Below the pieces are notes generated by a model, which was not told the DNA's origin, searched no databases, and saw nothing but the letters and a program-made list of their open reading frames with translations. DNA of 64,000 bases from Mobula hypostoma (Eukaryota). The stretch spans positions 27,158,001-27,222,000 of the forward strand of contig NC_086108.1 of NCBI RefSeq assembly GCF_963921235.1, in the 5' to 3' direction. The first letter of the stretch is position 1, and every line of letters begins with the position of its first letter. The position numbers were made by a program, and so were the translations under genes. This document shows, piece by piece, positions 24,976 to 36,844 of this stretch.

Positions 24976-25244
24976 TGAAGTTAAAAATGGCTTTGAGTAG
25001 GACATGCACTGTTGCTCAATTCTACAAGTTGGGCATGCAATTAACAATCACAAAGTGAACAGAGACCAGGCAAAAATTTAGAAAATTAGTATTTCACATG
25101 AGGTCCCGATTGCATCCTTCTGTTCACTGTGTTCCTGTGGATTAGAAGGCATGAAGCAAAATCGGGCATAAGATTTTATAATATAAAAGATGTCACCCAG
25201 TGATTGATTATTAATGTCTGAAGCTTACATCTACTCCTTGTGAT

Positions 25245-25790
25245 CTTGAACAGAAAATCCTACAAAAAGCAATGGATTCAGCCCAATCCATCTCTGGTAA
25301 AGCCTTCACAAGCATTGAGTATGGCTACATGAAAAGCTGTCTTGGGAAAGCAGCGTCCATCATCAGGGAGCCTCACCACCCAGGACATGCTCTCCTCTTG
25401 CTCCTGCCATCAGGAAGAAGGTACAAGAGCTTCAGGAATCACACCACCAGGTTCAGGAACAGTTACTACCCATCAGCCATCAGCTCTTGAACCAATGACG
25501 ATAACTTCACTCAACTTCACTTGCCTTATCATTGAAATGTTCCCACAACAAATGGACTCAATTTCAAGGACTCTTCATGTCATGTTCTTGATATTTACTG
25601 CTTATTAATTATTATTTCCTCTTGTATTTGCACAGTTTGTTGTCTTCTGCACTCTAGTTGAATGCCCTAGTTGGACAGTCTTTCATTAATTCTGTTATGG
25701 TTATTATTCTACAGATGTCTAGAGTATGCCACAAGAAAATGAATTTCAGTGTTATATGGTGACATATATGTATTTTGACAATAACATTTG
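25245..25790 (+). mobile_element. Rex1/Babar LINE 3' fragment
   Basis: Peptide AASIIREPHHPGHALLLLLPSGRRYKS..TTRFRNSYYP followed by the 3' UTR. Confidence 0.85.
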
Positions 25791-26411
25791 TCCTGCTCTC
25801 TAGTAGCAATATCTGTATCTTGTTAGGGATTGCGTATTCTGATGCAGTACAAATACAACCAACTTTCGCAAGATTGCTTTAGCTGGTTTTCATAGTTGTT
25901 GATAATAGTGTCTTCTCTCACCATGGCAGTCTTAACATTTCACAGTACTGAGGTGCCTGATTAACCAGTCTGGGACCACCTAGAACCATAAGCAAATAGC
26001 AGCTAGCCCCAAGAATATATTATCATCTTCTTTTAGACAAACCACATTCTTTCCAGTAAGGCCACCACTGTTTAAATCGTTATATAAAAATTGGTGTAGT
26101 ATTAAAAAAATAATTATTTAGGATTTTAATTGAGAGTGCACTAGTGGTCATCATAGTCAATTTATGTATCAAATGTAAATATATTGAAAAACAATGGATA
26201 TAGTGATGTGCAGTTGTGCAGACAGGAGATAATAGAGATCTCATCCATTGAGTCTATATTATTAGAACTCAAAAATAAGAAAGGTGTAATCACTCTGATG
26301 GGATTATATGACAGACCACTCCCTCACTCCCCACTAACCCTACTCCCATGGTCACTGGGATATTCAGGACAAAACATGCAGACAGATAAGGGAAAGGTGT
26401 AAAATCAATAG

Positions 26412-27439
26412 TGCCACAAGGCGGTGGCTGGGAACGGACCCAAGTGCAAGGCACAGACACTGAAGTACTAGGGACAGGACTAAGATACAGGCTGAGGGCA
26501 AGGACATAGACACGAAAACCGGGAATCTGGAACAGGACTGGACAAGAGAGCTAGGAGCCCGGGCTTGGACTCCGAGCCAGAGACTGGACAAGGACCCAGT
26601 ACCTAGGTCTTGCCTCCGGCTCGGACCCCAGAACTAGGCAAGGATGAGGCTTGGCAGGCAGGCAGGACAAGGCTGGAGTCTTCAGGCTTGAGGCTAGAGG
26701 CGAGGGTTGGCAGGAGACAGGAGGCTGTAGTCTTCGGGCTTGAGGCTACAGGCTAGAGACGAGGCTTGGCAGGAGGCAGGAGGTTGGAGTCTTCAGGCTT
26801 GAGGCTAGGCAGGCTCCTCCTGGGCAGGGCACGGTACTCCTGGGCAGGGTGCGGTCTCCTGGGCAGGGCGCGGTCTCCTGGGCAGGGCGGGGATCACCAC
26901 CTGACGGAGGCAAGAGACAGGAAGGGACAGAACCAACCGCAGGTAACGGCAAGACAGCCTGGCTTACCTGGGCGGAGGCAAGGGACAGGAAGGGAGCTAG
27001 GTACAGGGTGGCTCCAGGACAAGACTGCAGGCGAGACAAGGCAAGAGTTACCAGCAAGACAAGGCAAGGCTTCAGGCAATGCAAGGTGAGACGAGAACTT
27101 CAGGTGAGGTGAGAGTTACCGGCAAGACAAGGCAAGGCTTCTGGCAAAGCAAGGTGAGACGAGAACTTCAGGCGAGGCGAGAGTTACCAGCAAGACAAGG
27201 CAGGGCTTCAGGCAAGGAAACAGAAGGCAGAGGAAGGGATACAAGGAGTAAGGACAAGAACAATCCAGTAGCCACACCCTGGTCTCTGGAGGTATTTATG
27301 CAGCCAACCCCAACGAGCATCAGCTGCCTCAATTAGAGCTCAACAAGAACAGAAACAGGGTAGACAGGAAAACCTGGAGCAAGGGTCGATAGACCGGACC
27401 GTGAACCGGAATACGGACTTCACGGATCAGACCATGACA
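26412..27439 (-). mobile_element. Solo LTR or LTR-derived element, 1028 bp, with internal tandem repeats
   Basis: Termini TGCCAC...ATGACA. Exact 5-bp TSD AATAG at 26407-26411 and 27440-27444. Minus-strand TATA-like CATAAATA near 27293-27300. Confidence 0.85.
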
Positions 27440-27715
27440 AATAGGGCCGTTGTAGTGAGTGACTGCAACTTCCCTAGTGTATAGCCAGATCTCCTTAGTG
27501 CAAGAAGTTTAGATTAGGTAGAATTTGTTAAGCACAATCAGGGAGGCTTCTTAAATCAATATGTAGACAGTCCAACAAAAAGAGGGGCCATGGTGGACCT
27601 GGTGTTGAGTAATGAGCCTAGCCAATTAACTAACTTTTGAGTAAGAAAGCAGTTAAGGATTAGTGATCACAACTGATTAAGTTTTAAGATAGTTATACTT
27701 AAGGATAAATATGGA

Positions 27716-28854
27716 TAAATATGAAGCACGACTTTGGAACATCAACTGATGGTGTTTACCTCCACACCGGATCGGATGGGAGGCTGTTCAGTCTGTCCCG
27801 GCTGAGGGTGAAAACCAAGGTTCGTGAAGTACTTATCAGGGACATGTTGTTTGCAGATGACGCGGCACTGGCAACACACTCTGAAGAGCAACTGCAATGC
27901 CTCATGGACAGCTTCTCAAGAGCGTACCAGGACTTCAGCTTGACCATCAGCCTGAAGAAGACCAATGGGTTGGGCCAAGGCACTGAGCACCCCCCTGCCA
28001 TTACCATCAACAACTACAAGCTGGAGGTAGTTCACGAGTTTACATACCTTGGCTTCACCATCACGGACAGCCTCTCCCTAGACCCTGAGATCAACAGACG
28101 GATCGGACGAGCAGCCTCAACATTCGCCAGACTGACAAAGAGAGTCTGGGAGAACAGAAAGCTGACAACGCACACCAAAGTTGCAGTCTACAGGGCCTGC
28201 GTCCTCAGCACACTGCTTTACAGCAGCGAGACCTGGAGCCTCTACTCCAGACAAGAGCGGCGTCTCAACGCCTTCCACCTTCGCAGCTTGAGACGCATCC
28301 TGGACATCATGTGGACTGACCGAGTCACCAACAATGAGGTCCTGGCCCGCGCCCAGATACCCAGATACCCAGCCTCTTCACCCTGCTCCAACAATACCGT
28401 CTCCGCAGGCTGGGCCACGTACACCACATGTCAGACAGGAGGATCCCAAAAGACCTGCCGTACGGGGAACTGGCCTCTGGCAAAAGAGCACAAGGGTGGC
28501 CCCATCTTCGTTTCAAAGATGTCTGCAAGGGAGACATGAAGTCACTGAACATGAACGTCAAGAGGTGGGAAGACATCGCAAGTGATCACTCTTGCTGGAG
28601 GCTGGAACTAAGCAGAGGTCTAAAAAGAGGAGAAGAGAAGCTGAGGCTTGCTACTGAAGAAAAGCGCACTTGTCAGAAAAACAGCACCAAGACAACACTG
28701 GGGGACAGCGCCTTCAAGTGCAGTCACTGCAGCCGAGACTGTCACTCCCATGTGGGTCTCTACAGCCATAACAGATACTGCTCTACCAATACAGACTGAA
28801 GCAAAACTTTCCAGGTGCAGATCCATGGTCTCGCGAGACTAATGGATGCCACAA
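27716..28854 (+). mobile_element. 5'-truncated RTE-clade LINE
   Basis: Peptides LFADDAAL, EFTYLG and LLYSSETW, a frameshift near 28360, then a C-terminal finger CSHCSRDCHSHVGLYSH. 15-bp TSD ACTTAAGGATAAATA at 27697-27711 and 28855-28869. Confidence 0.92.
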
Positions 28855-30387
28855 ACTTAAGGATAAATACGGACCTTGCAGGAGAAAATTAAATTGGAGA
28901 AGAACAGATTATGAGAGTATTAGGAAGGAACTGGACAGAGTTATATGGAAATCTGATTTTGGACAGGTCCACATCTGACATGTGGAGAGTGTTGAAAGAC
29001 CCACTGTGCAGAGTACAGGACAGGTACAGTATGTTCCTGTAAGAAGGAAGAACAAGGATGGTAAGATAAGAGAACCTTGGATGTTGAGAAAGGTGGTGAG
29101 TTTGGTCAAGAAGAATAAAGAATGGTTTAGGAAACTAAAATCAAACAGAGTTCTTAAAGGATTATAGAAAAGCCGGAAATGAACTCAAGAAGAGAATAAG
29201 GAAATCCAGGAGGGGCCATGAAAAGTCCTTGGCAAGAAAGACTAAAGATAATCCTAAGGCATTCTATGTATGTTACATTTGGAGCAAAAGGATAACTAGG
29301 AAAAGAGTAGGACCACTCAGGGACAAACAGGGGACATGTACTTGGAGATGCAGGATGTGGATGAGGTCCTAAGTGAATACTTTGCATTATTATTTACTAA
29401 AGAGGAAAATGTGGAGGAAAGGAAGATCAGTATGAGAATGTGCTAATTTGATAGGGCATTTTGAGATAAAGAAGGAAGTAGTGTTAAGTCACTTAAGGAT
29501 CATTAAGTTGATCCAGAATATTGAGAGAGGCAATATATGAGATTAATAGGGTATTGTTTTGTCTTCTCTAAACATAGGTGAGGTCCCAGCGGACTGCCGT
29601 ATAGCTAATGTTGTTTCATTATTCCAGAAGAAAATAGGGAAAATTCCGGAAATGACAGACTGGTGAATCTCACATCAGAGGTAAGGAGGTAAATGGACAG
29701 TGATGCTGCCTAGACTAGAGGGCATGTGATATTAGGAAAGGTTGGACTAACTTGGATTACTTTCTCTGGGGCAACAGAGGCAGAGCAGGTATTTGTTAGC
29801 GGTTTGTGAGATTATGAGAGGCATAGATTGCCAGTTCTTCTCCCAGAGTCAAAATGTCTCAAACCAGTAGTCATGAATTTAAGGTGTGATGGGGCAGATT
29901 CAATGGAGATGTGTGGAGCAAACAGAGGATAGTGTGTACCTCTTATGCACTGCCTGGGGTGGTGATGGAAGCAAGTGTGGTTCACCGAGCTCTAAGGTAG
30001 GCAAGGGACTGGAGGGATATGAATATTGAGAAGGCAGAACTTAGTTAGTTCAGCACAATATTGTGGACAGAAAGCCCACCCCCTGTGTTGTATTCCTCTA
30101 TGTTCTATAATGCACTTTCCACAATGAGTCTTCATTCTCTAAAATATCAATTTCCATCTCTCTCATATGAAGTAAGCCCAGCTGTGATGGAGTTGGTGCT
30201 ACTTTTACCTTTGAATCAGAAGGTTCTGTGTTCAAATCCCATTCCAGAACTTTGAGCACGTAAGTCTAGGTTAATTATTTGCTGCAGAAATTACGGAATT
30301 AAATTGACACTCCAATTCTACACACCTGGTCACTTTGGTCAAATTAGACCTGGTTGTTATCACAGATTATGCTTGTACTTCATTTCT

Positions 30388-30665
30388 TTATTTATTAAGA
30401 TACAGAATGGAACAGGCTTTTCCAGCCCTTCGAACCACGCTGCCCAACAACTCCTGATTTAACCCTAGCCTAGTCACGAGACAATTTACAATTAAGCTTC
30501 CAAATGGTACACCTTTGTACTGTGGGAGGAAAGTAGAAAACCCAGGGGAAACCCATGTAATCACAGGGGAGAACATACAAACTCCTATATAGACAGTGGC
30601 GGGAATTGAATCGGGTTGCTGGTACTGTAAAATAGTGTGTTAACCACTGTGCTACTGTGCTGCTC
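30388..30665 (-). mobile_element. HE1-like V-SINE
   Basis: tRNA-like head, V-domain-like core (GGAGTTTGTATGTTCTCCCC..TGGGTTTCC..GGTTTTCT..CCTCCCACA on minus) and a CR1-type tail. Confidence 0.75.
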
Positions 30666-31204
30666 CATTATCGATGGCTGCTTACTGTATAACCTTGGAA
30701 AGGGCCGAAATATGCTGGGAGAAGCACTTTGACTAAATTCTCCACATAAGCAGATTGTTCCAACAGCTCATACAGATTGGAACAGAACTAGAGTAGAATT
30801 GGATTTGGCTGAAATACTCTAAAAACAAAACTTTGTCATTTGAATGAATTCAGGCTTGGGCTCAGATTCATCTTCAGCTCAGAGCACAGGTGATAAATTT
30901 GTAAGTTGCTCTCCAGCACTATTTTAGATTTCCTTTCCTATTTCTTCATTATTTATTTTCCCCACTCTTGAGTTCTGAATGATATGCAATCCACTTACTA
31001 AAAGAGTTATATAGAAGCAGTACTACAGCACATTTAAACCAGCAAAATCGTAAGTTGCTGATATAACAAATAAAGCCTGCTCCTCTCTCCACACGTTGAA
31101 CTTCTGGCACTTTGAGAGAGATTTTTTTTAATCTCTCCCGCTCCCAATGTAGAGTGCCCTCCTGCTTCAAAACATCCACTTTTGTTCCTGTACCTCAAAG
31201 GTTC

Positions 31205-32585
31205 AAGGTAACATGTCTGAACGACTGGTAACCTGTTGCACTCACCTCAATAATAAGCAAATGCTTTGAGAGGCTGGTCACGACTACATCTGCAGCTTGC
31301 TGCCACCCACAATGGACCCCTACAACTTGCCTACTGATACAACTGATCGACAGATGACATGATAGCCATAGCTCTATACACCATCCTTACACACCGGGAG
31401 AAGAAGGATGCTTATGTGAGAATGCTGTTCTTGTACTACAGTTCATCATTCAACACCATAATTCCCTCCAGGCTTGACAAGAAGCTCAGAGACCTCGGCT
31501 TTGACCCTGCCTTGTGCAGCTGGATTCTGAACTTCCTTTCAGATTGCCAGCAGATTGTAAGAGTCACCTCACCTCCAACCCTCTGACTCTCAATACAGGA
31601 GCACCTCAGGGCTGTGTACGGAGTCCCCTCCTTTACTCCCTGTATACTCATGACTGTATTGCCACCCACAGCTTCAATCTGCTAATTAAATTTGCCTATG
31701 ACACTACATTGATTGGTCTTATCTAAAACAATAACAAGGTGGCCTACAGAGAAAAAGTCATCACCCTGACACAGTGATGTCAAGAAAACAACCTTTCCCT
31801 CAATGTCACAAAAACAAAGGTCACAAATTATCCATATTCACCCAAAGAAAACTTCATCTGTAAAACTGACTGTTGCTTATCGGAACCTTGTGTTCACTTT
31901 CTGGTTGTGGACCACAGGAGGAACGGAGACAGGCTCGCCCCTATTGACATCGATGGATCAGCTTCAGGTTCCTCAGTATGCACATCACAACTGATCTTAC
32001 TTGATCTGTATACATAGGCTGTGTGGTAAAAAAGCCGCAACAGTGCTTCTTTCACCTCAGACAGTTGAAGAAGTTTGGCATGAGTCTCCAGGTCCTAAGA
32101 ATTTTCTACAAGGGCACAATTGAGAGTATCCTGACTGCTGCATCACTGCCTGGTATGGGAACCGTACTTCCCTCAATCGCAGGACTCTGCACAGAGTGGT
32201 GCGGACAGCCCAGTCCATCTGTAAATGTGAGGTTCCCACTATTCAGGACATTTACAGAGACAGGTATGTAAAAAAGGCCTGAAGGATCATTGGGGACCTA
32301 AGTCACCCCAACCACAAACTGTTCCAGCTGCTACCATCTGGGAAACGGTACTGCAGCATAAAAGCCAGGACCAACAGGCCTCGGGACAGCTTCTTCCACC
32401 AGCCATCGGCCTGATTAATTCACGCTGATACGTGTATTTCTATGCTATATTGACTGTCCTGTTGTACGTACTATTTATTACAAATTACTATAAATTGCAC
32501 ATTCCACATTCAGATGGAGATGTAACATAAATATTTTTACTCCTCGTATGTGAAAGATGTAAGAAATAAAGTCAATTCAATTCTT
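31205..32585 (+). mobile_element. Degraded Rex1/Babar LINE (RT to 3' end)
   Basis: Peptides AYVRMLFLYYSSSFNTIIP and LNTGAPQGCVRSPLLYSLYTHDC..KFAYDTT. Tail AATAAAGTCAATTCAATTC. Confidence 0.88.
31819..31903 (+). repeat. 85-bp direct duplicate of 33059-33143
   Basis: 81 of 85 bases identical by manual comparison. Confidence 0.92.
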
Positions 32586-32689
32586 GGACAAGATTTGGCA
32601 TAGAGAAGAAAGTTCACAATAATACTAAATTTATATGATGTGAATGGATGTACAATACATACAAGGTGGGATGTATTTGGAACTTACTT

Positions 32690-33030
32690 ACTATAATACA
32701 GAAGGAAGCCTTTCAGACCATGCTGGATTTCAGCAGGGGAATCCCATCTCGCCCATTCCTTCTCCTAATCTCACTGTACACTGCAACTTATTCTCTTTTA
32801 CATCAATTCCCATCAATTACATCAAGTCCATCAATTCCCCTCTTGATTTTTTTTTGCCACTAATGGTCAATTGACATTGGTCAGCTAACCTTCCATCTTG
32901 TCTTTGGGATGTGGGAGGAAATTGGGCACCTCATGCAGTCACAGCAAGAACATGATGACTTTATATGGACAGCACCAAAGGGCAGGAGCAAACCTACGAA
33001 TGTGAAGCTGCTGCTCCAAAGTGCCACCCA
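32690..33030 (-). mobile_element. Old V-SINE
   Basis: TCTTTGGGATGTGGGAGGAAA is the reverse complement of the V-domain core. Confidence 0.5.
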
Positions 33031-33379
33031 CAAAGTTGGGGTCTTGTACCACTGCTTGGGTCACAAATTATCCACATTCACCCAAAGAAAACTTCATCTG
33101 TAAAACTGCCTGTTGCTTATGGGACCCTTGTGTTCACTTTCTGATTTAATCAGCTTAATATTGCCCCAGCATTCTTCACAACCCCTCCGTACCTCTTATG
33201 CTCCTTATATACTCATGTCTTCAGATGCTCTGGGAAACTGCCCTGTGCTAACCACACTCTAGCCTCTTTCATATCCCCCAAATTTCTTTGTCTGAGCATT
33301 GACAGCAGTTTCCCAAGCTCTGGAAATACCACCTTATCTCTTTTGATTGGCTTGTCCTTTAATTGTGCTTATGAACTAA

Positions 33380-35310
33380 GTTCTGTCCTCAACAAGGCAT
33401 TTACCATTGTCTTCCTTTGACTGCATATCAGTGAGTTCCACACTCGCCATGACGCCGACTTCTTCTTCCATTCCCTTACTCTTTGAGCCTTCTTTGGCAA
33501 GAATTCCACAGCTTGCAATTGATGACCCCTTCTCCCATCTCTAACCCACCTCCTCTTCTTGGACACCTCAATTTGGTTCTCTGTCTGCTCTGGATCTTTG
33601 CATTTTGAATTGTTAATTACACATCAACCCCCTCAACTTCAGCACTCTTCTCTCCCCCTCAAATCTTATTCCTTCTGAACACACAGCCCTTCACTCTCTC
33701 TACACCAATCTCAACCTTGCCATCAAACCCGCAAGCAAAGAGGGTGTAAAGAGTCCGACTGACCTCTGCCTTGCTGAGGCCAGGCGACAACTCTTAGATA
33801 CCTGCTCGTACCCTTGGAGGACCCCACTCTGGACCATCAGAGAGGCCCCAGCAATGCCTGCCTTTTCGTTGGCTATGTAGAACAATCCACATTCCAAGCC
33901 TTCCCCAGTAATGCGCCTCAACTCTTACTCCCCTACATTGACAACTGCATTGGTGCCACTTCATGCACCCATGCTGTGCTCATCAAGTTCATCAAATTTG
34001 CCTCTAACTTCCACCTTGCCCTTAAATTCACTTGGTCCATTTCTGACACCTTCTTCCCCTTTCTCGATCTTTCTGTCTCCACCTCTGGAGACAAACTGTC
34101 GACCGGCATCTTTTAAGTACCTACCAATTCCCATGGTTATCTTGAATATACCTCTTCTCACCTTGTCCCCTGTAAAAATGCTATTCCCTTTTCTCAGTTC
34201 CTTCATCTCTGCCACTTTGCTTTCCAGGATATCATAGATGTCCTCCTTCTTCAAAGAAAGGTGTTCCCCTTTCATCACTATTGATGCTGCCCTCACCCGC
34301 ATCTCTTCCATTTCCCAAATATCCATGCTCACACCTTCCATCTACTTTAACAGTGATAGTTCCTCTTGACCTTACCAGCCTTTAGGTCAAATACATCTTT
34401 CTTCCCCCATCTCCAAAGGGATCTGACCAATAAACATATCTTCACCTTTCCCCCCCACCCACACCCGCTTTCAACAGGGATTTCTCCCTCTGTGTTTCCA
34501 TTTTCCATTTGTCCCTCCCCACTAATCTTCTTCCTGGTGCCCTGCAAGCAGCTTAAATGCTACACCTGCCCATTCACCTCCTCCCTCGCCTCCATTCAGG
34601 ACCCCAAACAGAACTTCCACATGAGGCAGCACTTCACCTGCAAATCTGCTGGGGTGAGGTCTACTGTGTTCAGTGCTCCTGATGTGGCCTTCTCTACATT
34701 GGTGAGACCCCCCTTGCAAATTGGGGGACCACCTTATCGAGCACCTCCGCTCCATATGCCAAAAAAATTCCCAGAGGCCAGACATTTTAATTCTGATTCC
34801 CATTCCCATTCCCATTCCAACACGTCAGTGCATGGCTTCCTCTCAAGCCATAATGAGGTCAACCTCGGGGTGGAGGAGCAGCACCTTATATTCCATTTAG
34901 ATAGCCTCCAACCTGATAGCATGAATATCGATTTCTCCTTCGGGTTAAAGAAAAATTTCTCTCCCCCTTCCATTTTCTTCTCTGGTCTCTTACCATTTCT
35001 CACCTGCCAATCACCTCCCTCCGGTTCCTTTCCCCTTTGCCCACTCTCCTCTTCTTTTAGATTCCTCCTTCTCCAGCTCTTTACCATTCCTACCCACCTG
35101 GCTTCACCTATCACCTCTAGCTATCCTCCTTCCCCTCCTCACACCTTTTTATTCTGGTGTCTTCCCCCTTCCTTTCCAGTTCTGAAGAAGGGTCTCTGCT
35201 GGAAATATCAATTGTTCATTCATTTTAATAGATGCTGCCTGAACTGCTGAATTTATCCAGCATTTTGTATGCTTTGCTTTGGATTTCCAGATTCTCCAAA
35301 CTTTCTTGAT
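33380..35310 (+). mobile_element. Degraded Penelope-like retroelement (RT, GIY-YIG, pseudo-LTR)
   Basis: Peptides ACLFVGYVEQ..YIDNCIG..LKFTWSISD..PFLDL (RT) and CYTCP..RQHFTC..EEQHLIFHLDSLQPDSMNIDFS. Decayed hammerhead at ~35177-35214. Confidence 0.85.
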
Positions 35311-36844
35311 ATAAATATGTCCTTAAGTGGTTTGTTACAACGTTTGTTTAATAACATTTCTGTGAATGGGCTTGAGGTATTGCACTATGTATAGTGCTTC
35401 ATATAAATATTATAATTGTTCACCCTCAGCTCTCTTGCCAGTCAGGAAGTGTAATGAACAGAAGAAGCAATCAGTATTGTGAAAATACAATCAGGGAAGG
35501 AAAATGTTCTGGGATGAATAAACTAAACACATAAGCAAGATTTGGCCAGCTGTCTAGGAAGTCATCAATTCTGGAGACCTGCTCCTTCAATGTGTAAAAC
35601 CTGCTCTCCTTAAGTCTATTTATGAAGCTGGCAGGATTTTTGCTGTGCCCATGCAAAAGTAACAAATTACCCCCAACCATATATACATTCCATCAATCAT
35701 ACTCTTTATTAAAATTGATAATAAACACTTTCTCTTCTGGTAGGGATTGTCTGTTTCTTTCAGGATATATTGAGTAGTGTGAAGAATGGATTGATGGAAT
35801 AAAGCAAATGGGATGAGATAATTATTCAGAATTGCCAAATTTCTTCTTTAAGATTATTGCAGCCATTTAGCATCATTTATCAGTGATACTGGCATTTTAA
35901 TGGTTACTTTGTATATAATGGTGTCTGGCAAGATGGTAGTATTTTAAAGAACAGCAATGCCAAATTTTCAAAACTGTTCTGCTTACTTACTCTAAGTACC
36001 GTTAAGAATGCACAGGGTGGAAATCTCTTTCAGTATCTATTATTTAAAATGCATGAAGTTCTTATAGTGTGCAATTTGCAAGGAAGTTTATAGCCCATTA
36101 CTGCTTTCAAAGAGAATCCAATATTTCCATTAACAGATACTGTTGGTACAAGATGGAAAGTGCTAAAATAACCTATTCTTCGTAATTCACAAGGGAGGCC
36201 ACTTGTACTTTTACACTAGTTGAATGTGGTACTTCTCTGCCCCATCTCCTTCACCTCTTAAATGTTCAGAACTAGAAGTTTTCCTACTTCTCTGAGACTC
36301 CACATGATCCATCTTCCATCCACCACACCTGCAATAAAAATGTGGAGCATTATAGATGGGCAATGTTAACTAATCTCCCTTTGAAGTATGTCTCAACATT
36401 GATTTGACTCCAGAAAGAGAGACGCTTTAATCTTGTAGATCCAATTTACACCTTGATCTTGCCAGATACAGTTGATTGCCTTTTCATGAGAGACATTGCT
36501 TTTGGTGTAACGCTTTTCATGAGGAAATACATTTACAATGACTTAACATAATTACTCCAGTGACTGGCCTTCATTCTAATTAGGAGGTGATGCAGTATTA
36601 GAGACAGGAACAGGACATGCACCATGAATCTTTTTAAGATACTACTGTGAATTGGTGATGAAACTGGCTGAGGAAATTTCAGAACCAGATAAACTGAAAA
36701 AGACTACCCTGATCAACCCCAAAATCTAACCTTGCACAACATGCAGGTGTCATTTCACCAAACAATCTATTGCTTCCCTCAGATAGGGTCATTTTGTATT
36801 TAAAAGTGGGATCATTATGGTGAAAACACTAACTGGTAACTATT

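Larger units (their letters stand above)
26200..30110 (+). mobile_element. Old CR1 LINE (endonuclease to 3' end, internally deleted) hosting an LTR and an RTE
   Basis: Peptide SIESILLELKNKKGVITLMGLYDRP (endonuclease). It resumes at 27440 and 28855 (YVPVRRK..IREPWM), with a 3' tail at ~30050-30110. Confidence 0.75.

Noticed and set aside
26650..27215. Repeat array resembling CRISPR, and Arg/Gly-rich ORFs
   Set aside because: The units are tandem with no unique spacers, there are no cas genes, and the context is a eukaryotic LTR. The ORFs arise from low complexity.
34366..35250. 294-aa ORF as an intact protein
   Set aside because: It drifts between frames of a decayed Penelope GIY-YIG region and reads on into the pyrimidine-rich pseudo-LTR.
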